Source of the DNA: Candidatus Magasanikiibacteriota bacterium
GTDB lineage: Bacteria; Patescibacteriota; Patescibacteriia; Magasanikbacterales; UBA922
Assembly: GCA_043809645.1 (NCBI GenBank)
Contig: JBDROX010000044.1
Coordinates: 767-64,766 of the forward strand
Direction of reading: 5' to 3'
Length of the DNA stretch: 64,000 bases
The translations under genes and the position numbers were made by a program. Below are positions 18,758 through 27,999 of this stretch, one piece after another. Below the pieces are notes generated by a model. That model had not been told where the DNA came from, searched no databases, and saw only the letters and a list, made by a program, of their open reading frames with translations. Numbering within the stretch: position 1 is the first letter of the stretch; every line of letters starts with the position of its first letter.

Positions 18758-19630
18758 TTATACTGCAATATCAAACTTTATTCTTGGATGACTCTCATAC
18801 CCAACGACTTTTGTACTTTCAGCTTCCCAATCAAATATGTTTGTAAAATGTTCTGTCTCAAGTTTGCACAGAGGATAGAGATTTGGATCTCGACTCAATT
18901 GTTCTTTTGCACCATCCAAATGATTGGAATAAATATGTACGTCACCAAGAAAGCCTACGAGTTTTCCTTCACCCAGCCCTGCTTCTTTGGCAAGAAGATG
19001 AAGGAGGAGGGCATAGCTGGCGATATTGAATGGAAGGCCGAGCATAGTGTCGACAGACCGTTGACTCCAGAGGAGGTTTAGTTTTCCATCCAAGACAGTC
19101 ACCTGAAAATTGTAATGACACGGAGGGAGTGCCATCTCGTGCATCATGGATGGGTTCCATGCAGAGACGATCATGCGTCTGTCACTCGGGTCAGTTTTCA
19201 GTTTTTCTACAATATACTTCAGCTGGTCAACTCCTTTGCCAGTATAGTCAGTGTCATAGCTCTCGTATGGTGCATTGAAGTGTCTCCACTGGAAGCCATA
19301 GATCGGCCCAAGGTCTTGCTCTTCCATCATCTTTTTTTTTGTCTCCTCGTCATGACCATATGGAACTTTGTTTGGACTGCACCATTCATCCCAGATATGG
19401 CAACCTCTTTCTTTCAGCCACTCTTTGTCTGTAATTCCTTTGATAAAAAATTCTAGCTCTGTTGCAATCATTTTAAATGGCATTTTCTTGGTTGTCAAAA
19501 GAGGGAAGCCAGTCTCCATATTGTGTTCGAACATCGCTCCGGCAACAGCAATAGTACCGGTTCCTGTTCGGTCGGTTTTTTTAATTCCATTGTCGAGGAT
19601 ATGTTGTACGATGTCGAGATACTGTTTCAT
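18758..19630 (-). CDS. thyA: Thymidylate synthase (start taken at internal MKQYLD, 16 codons downstream of the track ORF start)
   Basis: DRTGTGT, PPCH, GLPFNIASYALL, GDVHIYSNH motifs; E. coli ThyA begins MKQYLE. Confidence 0.9.
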   Translation of the reverse strand: MKQYLDIVQHILDNGIKKTDRTGTGTIAVAGAMFEHNMETGFPLLTTKKMPFKMIATELEFFIKGITDKEWLKERGCHIWDEWCSPNKVPYGHDEETKKKMMEEQDLGPIYGFQWRHFNAPYESYDTDYTGKGVDQLKYIVEKLKTDPSDRRMIVSAWNPSMMHEMALPPCHYNFQVTVLDGKLNLLWSQRSVDTMLGLPFNIASYALLLHLLAKEAGLGEGKLVGFLGDVHIYSNHLDGAKEQLSRDPNLYPLCKLETEHFTNIFDWEAESTKVVGYESHPRIKFDIAV

Positions 19631-19847
19631 AGTGCTATGCTGCTTGAGATGTTTGAGATTCCTGGTGGGTGATCTCACCAGTTCTTCCTAGTTCCTGCTC
19701 TGCTTCTCGTCTTAGTTGCGCTGGGTCTATGGTATCAACTTTTTTCATGGTCTTGTCCATGCTTTTATTTTTTTTCATACGTTTTTCTTCTGGATGTATA
19801 TACCATCCTCCTTCAATTGAAATAGGTTTTGATTATAAACCAAGATT

Positions 19848-20270
19848 TTAAAATTTTCCCGTACTCCCGTAGTTTCCGTCTCCTCTCGAAGAGTCTGTGA
19901 GTTCATCGACTTCTTCGAGGTTGGGAATTACTACAGGGATAATGAGGAGTTGGGCAATTTTTTGTCCTTTTTTGATTTCAAATGATTCTGTGCCGAAGTT
20001 CACAAGTCCGACATTGTATTCACCGCGGTATCCCGCATCATAGACACCGCCAAAGGTGTGGACACCAGCACGTGAAACACTGCTCTTATCTTTCACTATT
20101 GCAGCAAACTCTGTTTCAAATTCCATTGCAAAACCAATAGGAAAGATTTTTCTTTCATTTGGCTGTAGAATATAATCTTCTAGGGAATACAAATCCATGC
20201 CAACGTCGCCTAGGTGAGCATAAGAAGGGAGTTTTGTGTTATTATGAAGTTTTTTGATTTTAATCTTCAT
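19848..20270 (-). CDS. dut: dUTP diphosphatase
   Basis: GDVGMDL, YDAGYRGE, RGDGNYGSTG motifs. Confidence 0.9.
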   Translation of the reverse strand: MKIKIKKLHNNTKLPSYAHLGDVGMDLYSLEDYILQPNERKIFPIGFAMEFETEFAAIVKDKSSVSRAGVHTFGGVYDAGYRGEYNVGLVNFGTESFEIKKGQKIAQLLIIPVVIPNLEEVDELTDSSRGDGNYGSTGKF

Positions 20271-20814
20271 ATTTTTTCACAAAAATATCTATTTGCGAAT
20301 AAAGATTTTTGAGTGAGCCATTGTTATCAAGTGTAACATCAGCCTCAGCAGCAATCTCCTTGATCTTCTGTTCAGCTTCTTGTGCACCATCTTCTTGAAA
20401 TTGTTCCCATGTTTTGTTTTTATCATCTGGATTTTCACTTCTTTTCGTGATTCTTTGGTATCTTGTCTCCGCATCAGTATTAATCGCGATCAGATGAAAG
20501 TTTGGGAGTTCGCGTAAATATGTGACATCCGTAGGTCTCCTCACGCCTTCGGTGATAATGAGTTCATGCTCAGCTTTTTTTACGTCTTCTGCAATTACCT
20601 TGGACATGATTTCTTCGCTGTATGTTTGTCTCAGGAACGTCGAAAGTGCTTGGAGATTTTCTCGAGATTTCTCTATATGCATTCGGTCGAGAACATCCCG
20701 GAGCATATCAGAAAAACGAAATGTCTCTGCATTATACTTCTCTTTGAAATAATCTGTGACAGTGGTTTTGCCAGCTGCTATTTCACCGACTATTCCGAGG
20801 ACAAGCTTTTTCAT
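20260..20814 (-). CDS. Deoxynucleoside monophosphate kinase, phage T4 gp1-like
   Basis: P-loop GEIAAGKTT and C-terminal ...VTLDNNGSLKNLYSQI parallel T4 gp1 (GVKRSGKDT ... ITNDGSLEELFSKI). Confidence 0.6.
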   Translation of the reverse strand: MKKLVLGIVGEIAAGKTTVTDYFKEKYNAETFRFSDMLRDVLDRMHIEKSRENLQALSTFLRQTYSEEIMSKVIAEDVKKAEHELIITEGVRRPTDVTYLRELPNFHLIAINTDAETRYQRITKRSENPDDKNKTWEQFQEDGAQEAEQKIKEIAAEADVTLDNNGSLKNLYSQIDIFVKKYED

Positions 20815-20815
20815 A

Positions 20816-21307
20816 CTATTGATCCTTATATTGTTCTATACGCTCGTCAAAGAACATGAGTGAAATACCCACACGTCGGAACATTTCTTCACTTTCTTCG
20901 CCTGCGTGATAACGCTTTTCGCAGATAACATGTCGGATACCAGAGTTAATGATAATCTTCGCACAGACTGCACATGGTGTCAACTTGCAGTAGAGTGTGG
21001 CTCCATTGATCTTTGCACCAACCTTGGCCGCTTGGAGGATGGCATTTTGCTCTGCATGTGCTGTGCGAACGCAGTGTTGCGTTTGCTTTCCGTCTTCATG
21101 AATCATTGTTTTCATCTGGTGTCCAACCTCGTCACAATGAGGGAGTCCAGCAGGAGAGCCAACATATCCGGTTACGAGGATTTGTTTATTTTTGACAATT
21201 ACGCAGCCAGAGCGCCCTCTATCACACGTTGCTCTTTTGCCAACCACTCGGACGATTTCCATGAAATACTCGTCCCAGGAAGGGCGTTTGTGTGGTATTG
21301 TTTCCAT
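20816..21307 (-). CDS. dCMP deaminase
   Basis: Zinc motifs HAEQNAI ... PCAVCAKII. Confidence 0.85.
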   Translation of the reverse strand: METIPHKRPSWDEYFMEIVRVVGKRATCDRGRSGCVIVKNKQILVTGYVGSPAGLPHCDEVGHQMKTMIHEDGKQTQHCVRTAHAEQNAILQAAKVGAKINGATLYCKLTPCAVCAKIIINSGIRHVICEKRYHAGEESEEMFRRVGISLMFFDERIEQYKDQ

Positions 21308-21417
21308 AACTTTTGGATTAGGTGAGTAGTACTTTTAGAAGTGTAGCAAATTCGGTGGAGGGCGGCAAGGTAAATAAAAAACTCTCCAGATGGAGAGTTT
21401 TTTTATTAGATATTTTG

Positions 21418-22095
21418 CTATTCAACCTCCAGCTTCACACTCGGCCCCATAGAAGAGGTAATGTGAAGTGATCTGATAAATATTCCTTTGGAAGTCTGTG
21501 GTTTTGATTTTTTCAGAATATCCAGAAAGCTTTCAATATTTTCGATCAGTCGTCTGTCATCAAAACTTACTTTTCCAACCGTGACATGGATATTTCCTCC
21601 ATCATCATTCTTGAAAGAAGATTTTCCTTTTTTCAGTTCTCCAATCATCTTGGCGACATCCGGGCCAACGGTGTCTGTCTTTGGGTTTGGCATAAGGCCT
21701 TTTGGCCCTAGGACCTTGGCTGCAACTGCAAGCTTTGGCATCATCTCTGGAGTTGCGACAGCGATCTCGAAGTCGACTTTTCCAGTATCTTTGATTTTCT
21801 TAATTTCCTGTTCACCGAGTACGAGATCTGCGCCAGCATCCTTTGCAGCTTTTTCATCGTTTGTTCCTACGAATGCTGCAATTATCTTTGTCTTGCCTGT
21901 GCCGTGTGGCATGGTGATGGTTGAACGAATCTGTTGGTCGCCCTTCTTTGGGTCGATTCCAAGTTTTGCGTGGATTTCGACAGAAGCGTCGAACCTCACA
22001 TTGCTGGTTTCGCGGATCAGCGGTACTGCCTCAGCGAGACTGTAGACCTTGTCTTTGCTGACCTTGGTTTGGAGGTTTTTCATTCTTTTTGACAT
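21418..22095 (-). CDS. rplA: 50S ribosomal protein L1 (start at MSKRMKNL; the 86-codon upstream extension of the track ORF is not L1-like)
   Basis: Full-length L1 similarity from MSKRM... to C-terminus. Confidence 0.9.
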   Translation of the reverse strand: MSKRMKNLQTKVSKDKVYSLAEAVPLIRETSNVRFDASVEIHAKLGIDPKKGDQQIRSTITMPHGTGKTKIIAAFVGTNDEKAAKDAGADLVLGEQEIKKIKDTGKVDFEIAVATPEMMPKLAVAAKVLGPKGLMPNPKTDTVGPDVAKMIGELKKGKSSFKNDDGGNIHVTVGKVSFDDRRLIENIESFLDILKKSKPQTSKGIFIRSLHITSSMGPSVKLEVE

Positions 22096-22689
22096 ATGTA
22101 GAATGTTAGTGGTATTAGCCTCTGAGTGATCAGAGTCCCACCTGAATAGTGCACTAGTTATACATGAATTCTTGTTTTTTGTCAAGAATAAAACAAAGTA
22201 GCTATTCTGGCTCAGCGAGCCGTAGCCACCACCGCCGAGATAGGTGACCATGATGAGCGTGTTCAGGAGTGCCTTGGCGAAACACTCCTGGCAAGTGTAA
22301 TTGTTGTTGAAGATTGGAAGGGCGATCGTGATGGTCGCTATAAGTCTTCTCACTAAAAAAGATCGTATCTTTGTCCAATGGTGCCGAATTGGCAGAAGGG
22401 GGTGGACGGGTTCCCAACTTCATGAAGCAACTCATAGGCATGGTGCTCGAGAAGGCGGAGGGTGTGTCTGGGTGAAATCGAAGAGTTCTTTTGTTCTCAA
22501 AGGGATCCTTCGACTTCGCCCAATATGACGTTTTTCAGGTCAAATGAACAGACAGATATAGCACAAAAAAAGGGGGTTTGCCAACCATTCTTCCTCTACG
22601 TCTACCTTGGTGAAATACAAAAAAATAGCTTAATTAAGCTATTTTTTGTGATTTATGAATTTGGCTTTGTTGAACGAAATTTGTGTGTG

Positions 22690-23541
22690 TTAATTCTTCC
22701 AGATCTGGGTACAGGCAGATCTGTAGTCCTTGTTAAAGTAATTTGGACAAGAATTGTCTAGGTTGTTATGTGGAAAGCAGATGACTGCCCCAGAATCATT
22801 GTAGAGGGTGCTAAAACAGTTCGGACAGCCTTCTTCTTGATAGTAATGTATTTTTTCTCCGAATGCACATTTCTCTATACTTGTATTCTCTGTCTGAGAG
22901 AGAAGGTTCGCAAGTGTATTCAGCCAGAGTGTGTTGGCAGTCGTTACTGTTCCTGCAGCAGATCCAGCTCCAGAACTTCTTGGTTCACCAGAACTGATAG
23001 TAGTAGGAAATCCTTCTTTCACGATTGGCGCCTGTGTTCCTACTGCTAGGAGTTGTTCTGTTTCTTCTGGAGAGCATGCTCCATCATGGATGATTTCAAT
23101 TTTTTGAATATTTGCGATACAGACATTGATGTATGTGTGTCCATCTGCACCGCAGACTGGGTGCTCGCTAGGGCCACATGTTCTGAGGTTCTCAAGTTCT
23201 TCTGTCCCAGTTGAGAAAGAGATGGTTGTTGAGACATTACATCTGCCAGTGTAGAAGTCGAGGATATGGCAACCACTGGTTTCAGAGAACGCACAGTATA
23301 TGTCATTAGACTTTTTTATTTCATCAAATCGAAAGACAATGGTATACCCTTGGGCTTCACAGAGGTCTAGTGCTTCGTCGACTGGGTCTGTGCTGGGAGG
23401 TTTTCTGATGATAACCTCCTGGGTTGTGGTTGTGACTGGTGGTACTGTTTCCACTGCAGACGGAGTTCTTCCACTACTACATCCTACACCAAGGAGGAGC
23501 AGGAGATTCATAATACCAATTGAGAGAATTATTTTCTTCAT
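22690..23541 (-). CDS. Lipoprotein with Kazal-like protease-inhibitor domain (start at MKKIILSIGIMNLLLLLGVGC; ATGA overlap with ldh stop)
   Basis: Signal peptide with lipobox-like LGVGC; Kazal signature CGPSEHPVCGADGHTYINVC. Confidence 0.6.
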   Translation of the reverse strand: MKKIILSIGIMNLLLLLGVGCSSGRTPSAVETVPPVTTTTQEVIIRKPPSTDPVDEALDLCEAQGYTIVFRFDEIKKSNDIYCAFSETSGCHILDFYTGRCNVSTTISFSTGTEELENLRTCGPSEHPVCGADGHTYINVCIANIQKIEIIHDGACSPEETEQLLAVGTQAPIVKEGFPTTISSGEPRSSGAGSAAGTVTTANTLWLNTLANLLSQTENTSIEKCAFGEKIHYYQEEGCPNCFSTLYNDSGAVICFPHNNLDNSCPNYFNKDYRSACTQIWKN

Positions 23542-24473
23542 AGCTGTTTCAGATATGACTTGATGGTCAGGGCGGATTTCATGAGACTTTTCTTTTCTGC
23601 ACTCGAGAGTGTGAGTGGCCAGACTCTCTCCACTCCGTTTCTTCCTACTACACAAGGAGCTCCGAGACAAACACCAGAAACACCGTTCCATCTGGCAAGT
23701 CTCGATGTGACGGGAATAATTTTCTTTTGATTCAGAAGAACGGCCTCAATGATGTCAGAGAGTGTTGCTGCTATACCAAAGAAAGTCGCTCCTTTTTTAT
23801 TTATTATTTCGTAGGCTTCTTTTTTTACATTGGTTTCGATTCTTTTTCTGCTCGCTGCTGACAATCCTTTTATTTTCTTTGCAGGAACACCACCAACCAT
23901 CATGCAATCCCATGAGACAAACTCACTGTCGCCGTGCTCTCCAAGCACAAATCCATGTACACTTTGCGGACTAATATCAAGATGACCAGCGACCTGAACT
24001 TGAAGCCTGGCTGAGTCGAGAGATGTGCCACTTCCAAAGACTTGGGAGTGGGGGAGTCCAGTAATTTCTTGTATTAGGTATGTGAGCACATCAACGGGAT
24101 TTGAAATAACAATAATAATTGCGTCTTTTCTGAGTTTTCCTATTGATTTGAAAATTGAGGAGAGAATTTTTTTATTGATTGCTAGAAGATCAAGCCTAGA
24201 CTGTCCTTTCTTTTGCTTTGTGCCGGCGGTGATAACAATGATGTCTGCGTCACGGGCATCCTTGAAATTTTTGCCTTTCACACATCCGGTCTCAACAAAA
24301 CAAAGACTGTCTGAGATATCCATGACCTCACCAGCTTCTTTGTCTTCATCGATATCGATGAGAAGAATTTCTGCTGCTAGGCCTTTGAGTGTAGCGGTGT
24401 AGGCTGCTGCCGCCCCGACATTGCCTGCGCCAATAATAGCGATTTTTGAAGAGTTATTTTTTCTCATATTCAT
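23538..24473 (-). CDS. ldh: L-lactate dehydrogenase (LDH/MDH superfamily; Gln at the substrate-specificity position)
   Basis: IGAGNVG, TAGTKQKKGQSRLDLL, ISNPVD, GEHGDS. Confidence 0.85.
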   Translation of the reverse strand: MNMRKNNSSKIAIIGAGNVGAAAAYTATLKGLAAEILLIDIDEDKEAGEVMDISDSLCFVETGCVKGKNFKDARDADIIVITAGTKQKKGQSRLDLLAINKKILSSIFKSIGKLRKDAIIIVISNPVDVLTYLIQEITGLPHSQVFGSGTSLDSARLQVQVAGHLDISPQSVHGFVLGEHGDSEFVSWDCMMVGGVPAKKIKGLSAASRKRIETNVKKEAYEIINKKGATFFGIAATLSDIIEAVLLNQKKIIPVTSRLARWNGVSGVCLGAPCVVGRNGVERVWPLTLSSAEKKSLMKSALTIKSYLKQL

Positions 24474-24945
24474 TCGAAAAAAGAATTATGAATTACGAAT
24501 CATTGATTTTGATTTTTTGATGAAACCATTCAAGAGTTTGCTTACTGTTATGGTTTGTTTTGCAATATCTCGAAATATCTTATTATTGATATATCCCGTG
24601 TTTCTTGCAATGATAAGTTGGTTTTGTATTTATATTAGCGAACCGAGTGATATTGAATAGAACTTAGTTTTATCTCTGTATGTGTGTCTACTAAATACTG
24701 CCGCAATGTTTGAAGTAATTGAAATTGTTGCTCTTCTCATATGACTTGTGAGACCAGATAATTCATCGCTTGGGAATGTTTTTACCTGTCTGTATATTGT
24801 AAGGACGAGCTTGTGTCACTCTTTCCAAGCATTCAAATCAACAAATGACTTGATAGTTCCTCCTTGATTCATATTTCATAACTCGTATCTCATAGGTCAA
24901 GTATAACAAAACCCGCTTTGGAAAGCGAGTTTGTCTTGTTTATCT

Positions 24946-25371
24946 TTAACCCTCAATTGTGATACCCATCTGTCTAGCTGTCCCTTCAATAGTTTTCATG
25001 GCGGCATCAATATCATTTGCATTCAGGTCTGGCATTTTTTTTTCTGCGATTTCCCTGACCTGTCCCTTTGTGATTTTCCCAGCTTTTTCTTTGAGTGGGT
25101 TTCCAGATCCTTTCTTCAGGCCTGCTGCCTTCAGGATCATAGAGCTTGCTGGAGCTACCTTTGTAATGAAGTCGAATGTTCGGTCTTCATACACATTGAT
25201 AACTACTGGGACGATCTCCCCTTTTTTGTCAGACGTAGCATTGTTGAATTGAGTGCAGAAGTCCTGGATATTCAGGCCATGCTGACCAAGTGCTGGGCCG
25301 ACTGGTGGGGCTGGGTTTGCAACGCCCCCTGGAATCTGGAGTTTGATTTGGGTCAATAATTTTTTTGGCAT
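24946..25371 (-). CDS. rplK: 50S ribosomal protein L11
   Basis: [22 protein letters not shown] motif. Confidence 0.9.
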   Translation of the reverse strand: MPKKLLTQIKLQIPGGVANPAPPVGPALGQHGLNIQDFCTQFNNATSDKKGEIVPVVINVYEDRTFDFITKVAPASSMILKAAGLKKGSGNPLKEKAGKITKGQVREIAEKKMPDLNANDIDAAMKTIEGTARQMGITIEG

Positions 25372-25458
25372 AAGGTTGGTCAATGGTCAATGGACAATTG
25401 TCATCTGAAATAAATAGTGTCTATAGAGTGAGAAGCTGCTTTCGCACACCCTATTTCA

Positions 25459-25815
25459 TTATTTATTTAAGTATTTTATTAATGAATATATTTTTTTTGC
25501 AATTATTTCACTTTTGTTATATATGAAATTAAATCTATCTTTACTTATATATCCTTGATCAAGTGCGACATAACATGCAGCAATGACTTCATGCAATGAT
25601 GTTAACGACATTCTTAAGAACCTCGTAAAGTCTTTATCAGAATTTCTGTCACAACCTTCAGAAATGTTTAGGAGAATGGAGAGCGCTGCTCGGCGCAGTT
25701 GACTGGTAAGACTGAATTTTTCATCCGCAGGAAATTCTTTTGTAATTGTATATACTACATTCACAAAATTTCTTGCCAATTTCCATACTTCAAGGTTTTC
25801 AAATCTATAGACCAT
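25459..25815 (-). CDS. Four-helix-bundle protein (23S rRNA intervening-sequence protein family)
   Basis: EVWKLARNFVNVVY...SQLRRAALSILLNISEG pattern typical of TIGR02436-like proteins. Confidence 0.6.
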   Translation of the reverse strand: MVYRFENLEVWKLARNFVNVVYTITKEFPADEKFSLTSQLRRAALSILLNISEGCDRNSDKDFTRFLRMSLTSLHEVIAACYVALDQGYISKDRFNFIYNKSEIIAKKIYSLIKYLNK

Positions 25816-25836
25816 AGTCTATTGCCCATTGTCTCA

Positions 25837-26382
25837 CTAGATCTTCTTCACTTGGAGTGCATCGAGCTCGACAGGGGTTTCTCTACCAAACATAGATACA
25901 AGTACTTTTACTTTTCCACGTGTTTCGTCAACATCAGAAACTTTTCCTTCGAAATTCTTGAACGGTCCATCAATAATTCGAACTGGGTCATCGATTTGTG
26001 TATCAATCTTATGCGTTGGATCTTCGACCCCCATTCTCTTCTGGAGAGAATCAACTTCTTTCTGATCAATTGGCGTTGGGGTGGTTCCTGACCCTACGAA
26101 GCCAGTCACATTCGGTGTGTTTCTGACAACATACCATGAGTCATCTGTTACAATCATCTCGACGAGGACGTATCCTGGAAAGATTTTTTCTTCAACCACG
26201 GTTCGTTTCCCGCCTTTGATTTTAATTTTCTTTTCTTTTGGGACAAGGACTTGGACAATCTTGTCCTGCATATCAAAAGAGTCGATACGCTGTTCGAGAT
26301 TTCTTTTTACATTTTCCTCGTATCCACTGTATGTATGGAGGACATACCAGCGTTTTCCGAGTTGGAGGGTTTGTTTTGCCAT
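25837..26382 (-). CDS. nusG: Transcription antiterminator NusG
   Basis: NGN and KOW domains (WYVLHTYSGYE ... FEGKV). Confidence 0.9.
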   Translation of the reverse strand: MAKQTLQLGKRWYVLHTYSGYEENVKRNLEQRIDSFDMQDKIVQVLVPKEKKIKIKGGKRTVVEEKIFPGYVLVEMIVTDDSWYVVRNTPNVTGFVGSGTTPTPIDQKEVDSLQKRMGVEDPTHKIDTQIDDPVRIIDGPFKNFEGKVSDVDETRGKVKVLVSMFGRETPVELDALQVKKI

Positions 26383-26391
26383 ATGGTTGGC

Positions 26392-26613
26392 CTACTTAAT
26401 GATGGCTTCGAGACCAAGATTGAAGATATAGTCGAGGACCCCGAAGAAGAGTGCAACACCGAGGGTGAGTGCAATTACGACAATAGAAAATGTCGTTGTT
26501 TGTTTCTTTGTAGGCCATACGACTTTTCGCATTTCTGCGTAGGCCTCCTTGATATATGTAATAAGTGCCTTAATTGGATTCTTTTTCATATTATCTCGTG
26601 TTCTTGTTTTCAA
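26392..26613 (-). CDS. secE: Preprotein translocase SecE
   Basis: Short protein with EMRKVVWPTKKQ and one C-terminal TM helix. Confidence 0.8.
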   Translation of the reverse strand: MKTRTRDNMKKNPIKALITYIKEAYAEMRKVVWPTKKQTTTFSIVVIALTLGVALFFGVLDYIFNLGLEAIIK

Positions 26614-26693
26614 GTATTTAAAAACGGCCCTGAGCCGAATGTGTCTATACTATAGATGAATTTATTTTTTTTGTCAAGTGGTGAGTGTGTGAT

Positions 26694-26723
26694 CCAAGTG
26701 CAGGCGGAAGAACCTGCACTTGG
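26694..26723. other. Perfect 11-bp-stem hairpin CCAAGTGCAGG-cggaagaa-CCTGCACTTGG at the left edge of the high-GC island
   Basis: Read from sequence; no adjacent T-run in either orientation. Confidence 0.6.
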
Positions 26724-26745
26724 ATGCGTTGTGACCTTGGTCTGC

Positions 26746-27534
26746 CTAGTCCATCCCAAGCTGGGACGGATCGGCGAGGATCTCGGCCATGGTCGTGGTG
26801 GTTGTGCTGAACGGGAGAACACTCAGGACTTCGGGGGAGACCGTATGAACGGCATCTACCAGCAATCCAAGTACTCCAATGACGTGCACGAGGGCGCTGC
26901 TCTCGACGTGCCAGACCATCTCATTCCCATCGAGCTTCACCAGCATGCCATCGTGCGGTACTGCCTCGGTGATGTCAGGAGCCTGGTTCACGTAGTTCGG
27001 CCAGAAGAAGTCGTAGACATCTTTGACCTCGTATTTCCAGTTCTCTCCGTAGAGCTGTGCGGCGACGTCTTCATTCGTGATCTTCGCCAGTGTGTTACCT
27101 GGGAGAACTGCGAAAACATTTGTCATTCCAACAACCTTCACTAGATAAGCCCCGGGTCGGAAGTTGATGCCAAAGGGTGCTTCATCCGGACTTGGATAGT
27201 TGTCGAAACAAGTCCAGTGGATTTTGATGATCCCACTGAAGTCCTGGTACCATGACAAGTGCACGTTCTGGTGAGGGAAGTACATTCGTTCACCAAACTT
27301 GTTGATGGTGAAGACCGACGTCTGAGTCGGAAATTTGTACAGGTCACCTGGCTCGAGCACAGGGCATGACTCTTGTGCCACGTCGAGCTCGGTCGAGTCC
27401 GTGGTGTCGACCTCAGTCACGTCCGGAGACGGGCAGTTGATGTTGTTCGTGACCTCATAGCAACCGCTAGAGGCCTTGTCAAGAATTTTGCATGTGGTTG
27501 ATTCTTGACAAGGCTCCTGTTTTTTGCTATACAT
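26746..27534 (-). CDS. Hypothetical protein in high-GC island (start taken at internal MYSKKQ; track ORF extends to 27705)
   Basis: Long ORF; about 55-60% GC versus about 40% in flanks; no recognisable domain. Confidence 0.45.
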   Translation of the reverse strand: MYSKKQEPCQESTTCKILDKASSGCYEVTNNINCPSPDVTEVDTTDSTELDVAQESCPVLEPGDLYKFPTQTSVFTINKFGERMYFPHQNVHLSWYQDFSGIIKIHWTCFDNYPSPDEAPFGINFRPGAYLVKVVGMTNVFAVLPGNTLAKITNEDVAAQLYGENWKYEVKDVYDFFWPNYVNQAPDITEAVPHDGMLVKLDGNEMVWHVESSALVHVIGVLGLLVDAVHTVSPEVLSVLPFSTTTTTMAEILADPSQLGMD

Positions 27535-27577
27535 AACACAAATAAAAGTCACACCAGGGTGTGTACAGGAGGAATAT

Positions 27578-27865
27578 ATGAAGGCATTCACCGGCGAGTC
27601 TGTTCGGCTGCTCGCCGAAGGCAGGATCGTGAGTGTACGGTTTGCTCTGCCGGATGGTAGGAGGGCTGCCAACGGGACCATACTTCCCGGTAGGTATGAG
27701 TTCACTGCCGAGAAGGAGGGGGAGATCCGTGTGACTCGTGGAGTGCTCTACATTAACGATGATCGCGTCGATCCCACGACGTCTCCATTCCGTGCCCATG
27801 CCGGGCAGACGCTCGTTATCCAGTGCCTGCTCGAAGTCGCCACCTGTCTCTGCTACTTCGGGTAG
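27578..27865 (+). CDS. Hypothetical small protein (95 aa) in high-GC island; consensus AGGAGG Shine-Dalgarno 8 nt upstream of ATG
   Basis: GTACAGGAGGAATATATG at 27562-27580; divergent to the minus-strand island gene. Confidence 0.5.
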   Translation: MKAFTGESVRLLAEGRIVSVRFALPDGRRAANGTILPGRYEFTAEKEGEIRVTRGVLYINDDRVDPTTSPFRAHAGQTLVIQCLLEVATCLCYFG

Positions 27866-27954
27866 GTGGTAGAGGCTAGCACAACACCCATCGTACCACC
27901 CCGATATGGTTCGGGTGATTGTCAAAAAAATAAACAGGGAGGAATCGGGGACAA

Positions 27955-27996
27955 TCAAAAACACTCGTTATACGACGAGTGTTTTTTGTTTTGATC
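27955..27996. terminator. Bidirectional rho-independent terminator AAAACACTCGT-tatac-GACGAGTGTTTT flanked by T/A runs
   Basis: 11-bp stem; T-runs on both strands. Confidence 0.75.
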
Positions 27997-27999
27997 TCT

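Noticed and set aside
22096-22353. 86-codon N-terminal extension of rplA in the ORF track
   Set aside because: The extension has no similarity to L1, which aligns fully from the internal MSKRMKNL. The upstream part is more likely leader/non-coding.
22200-22560. tmRNA, RNase P RNA or SRP RNA in the GC-elevated gap upstream of rplA
   Set aside because: No tag-peptide reading frame ending in tandem stops, no P4 consensus (AGGAAAGUCCGGGCUC) and no SRP domain IV motif could be found by eye. Left as an unassigned candidate region only.
23542-23691. 50-codon extension of the Kazal-lipoprotein ORF into ldh
   Set aside because: A signal peptide begins exactly at the internal Met (MKKIILSIG…) whose ATG overlaps the ldh stop codon; the extension is an alternative frame of ldh.
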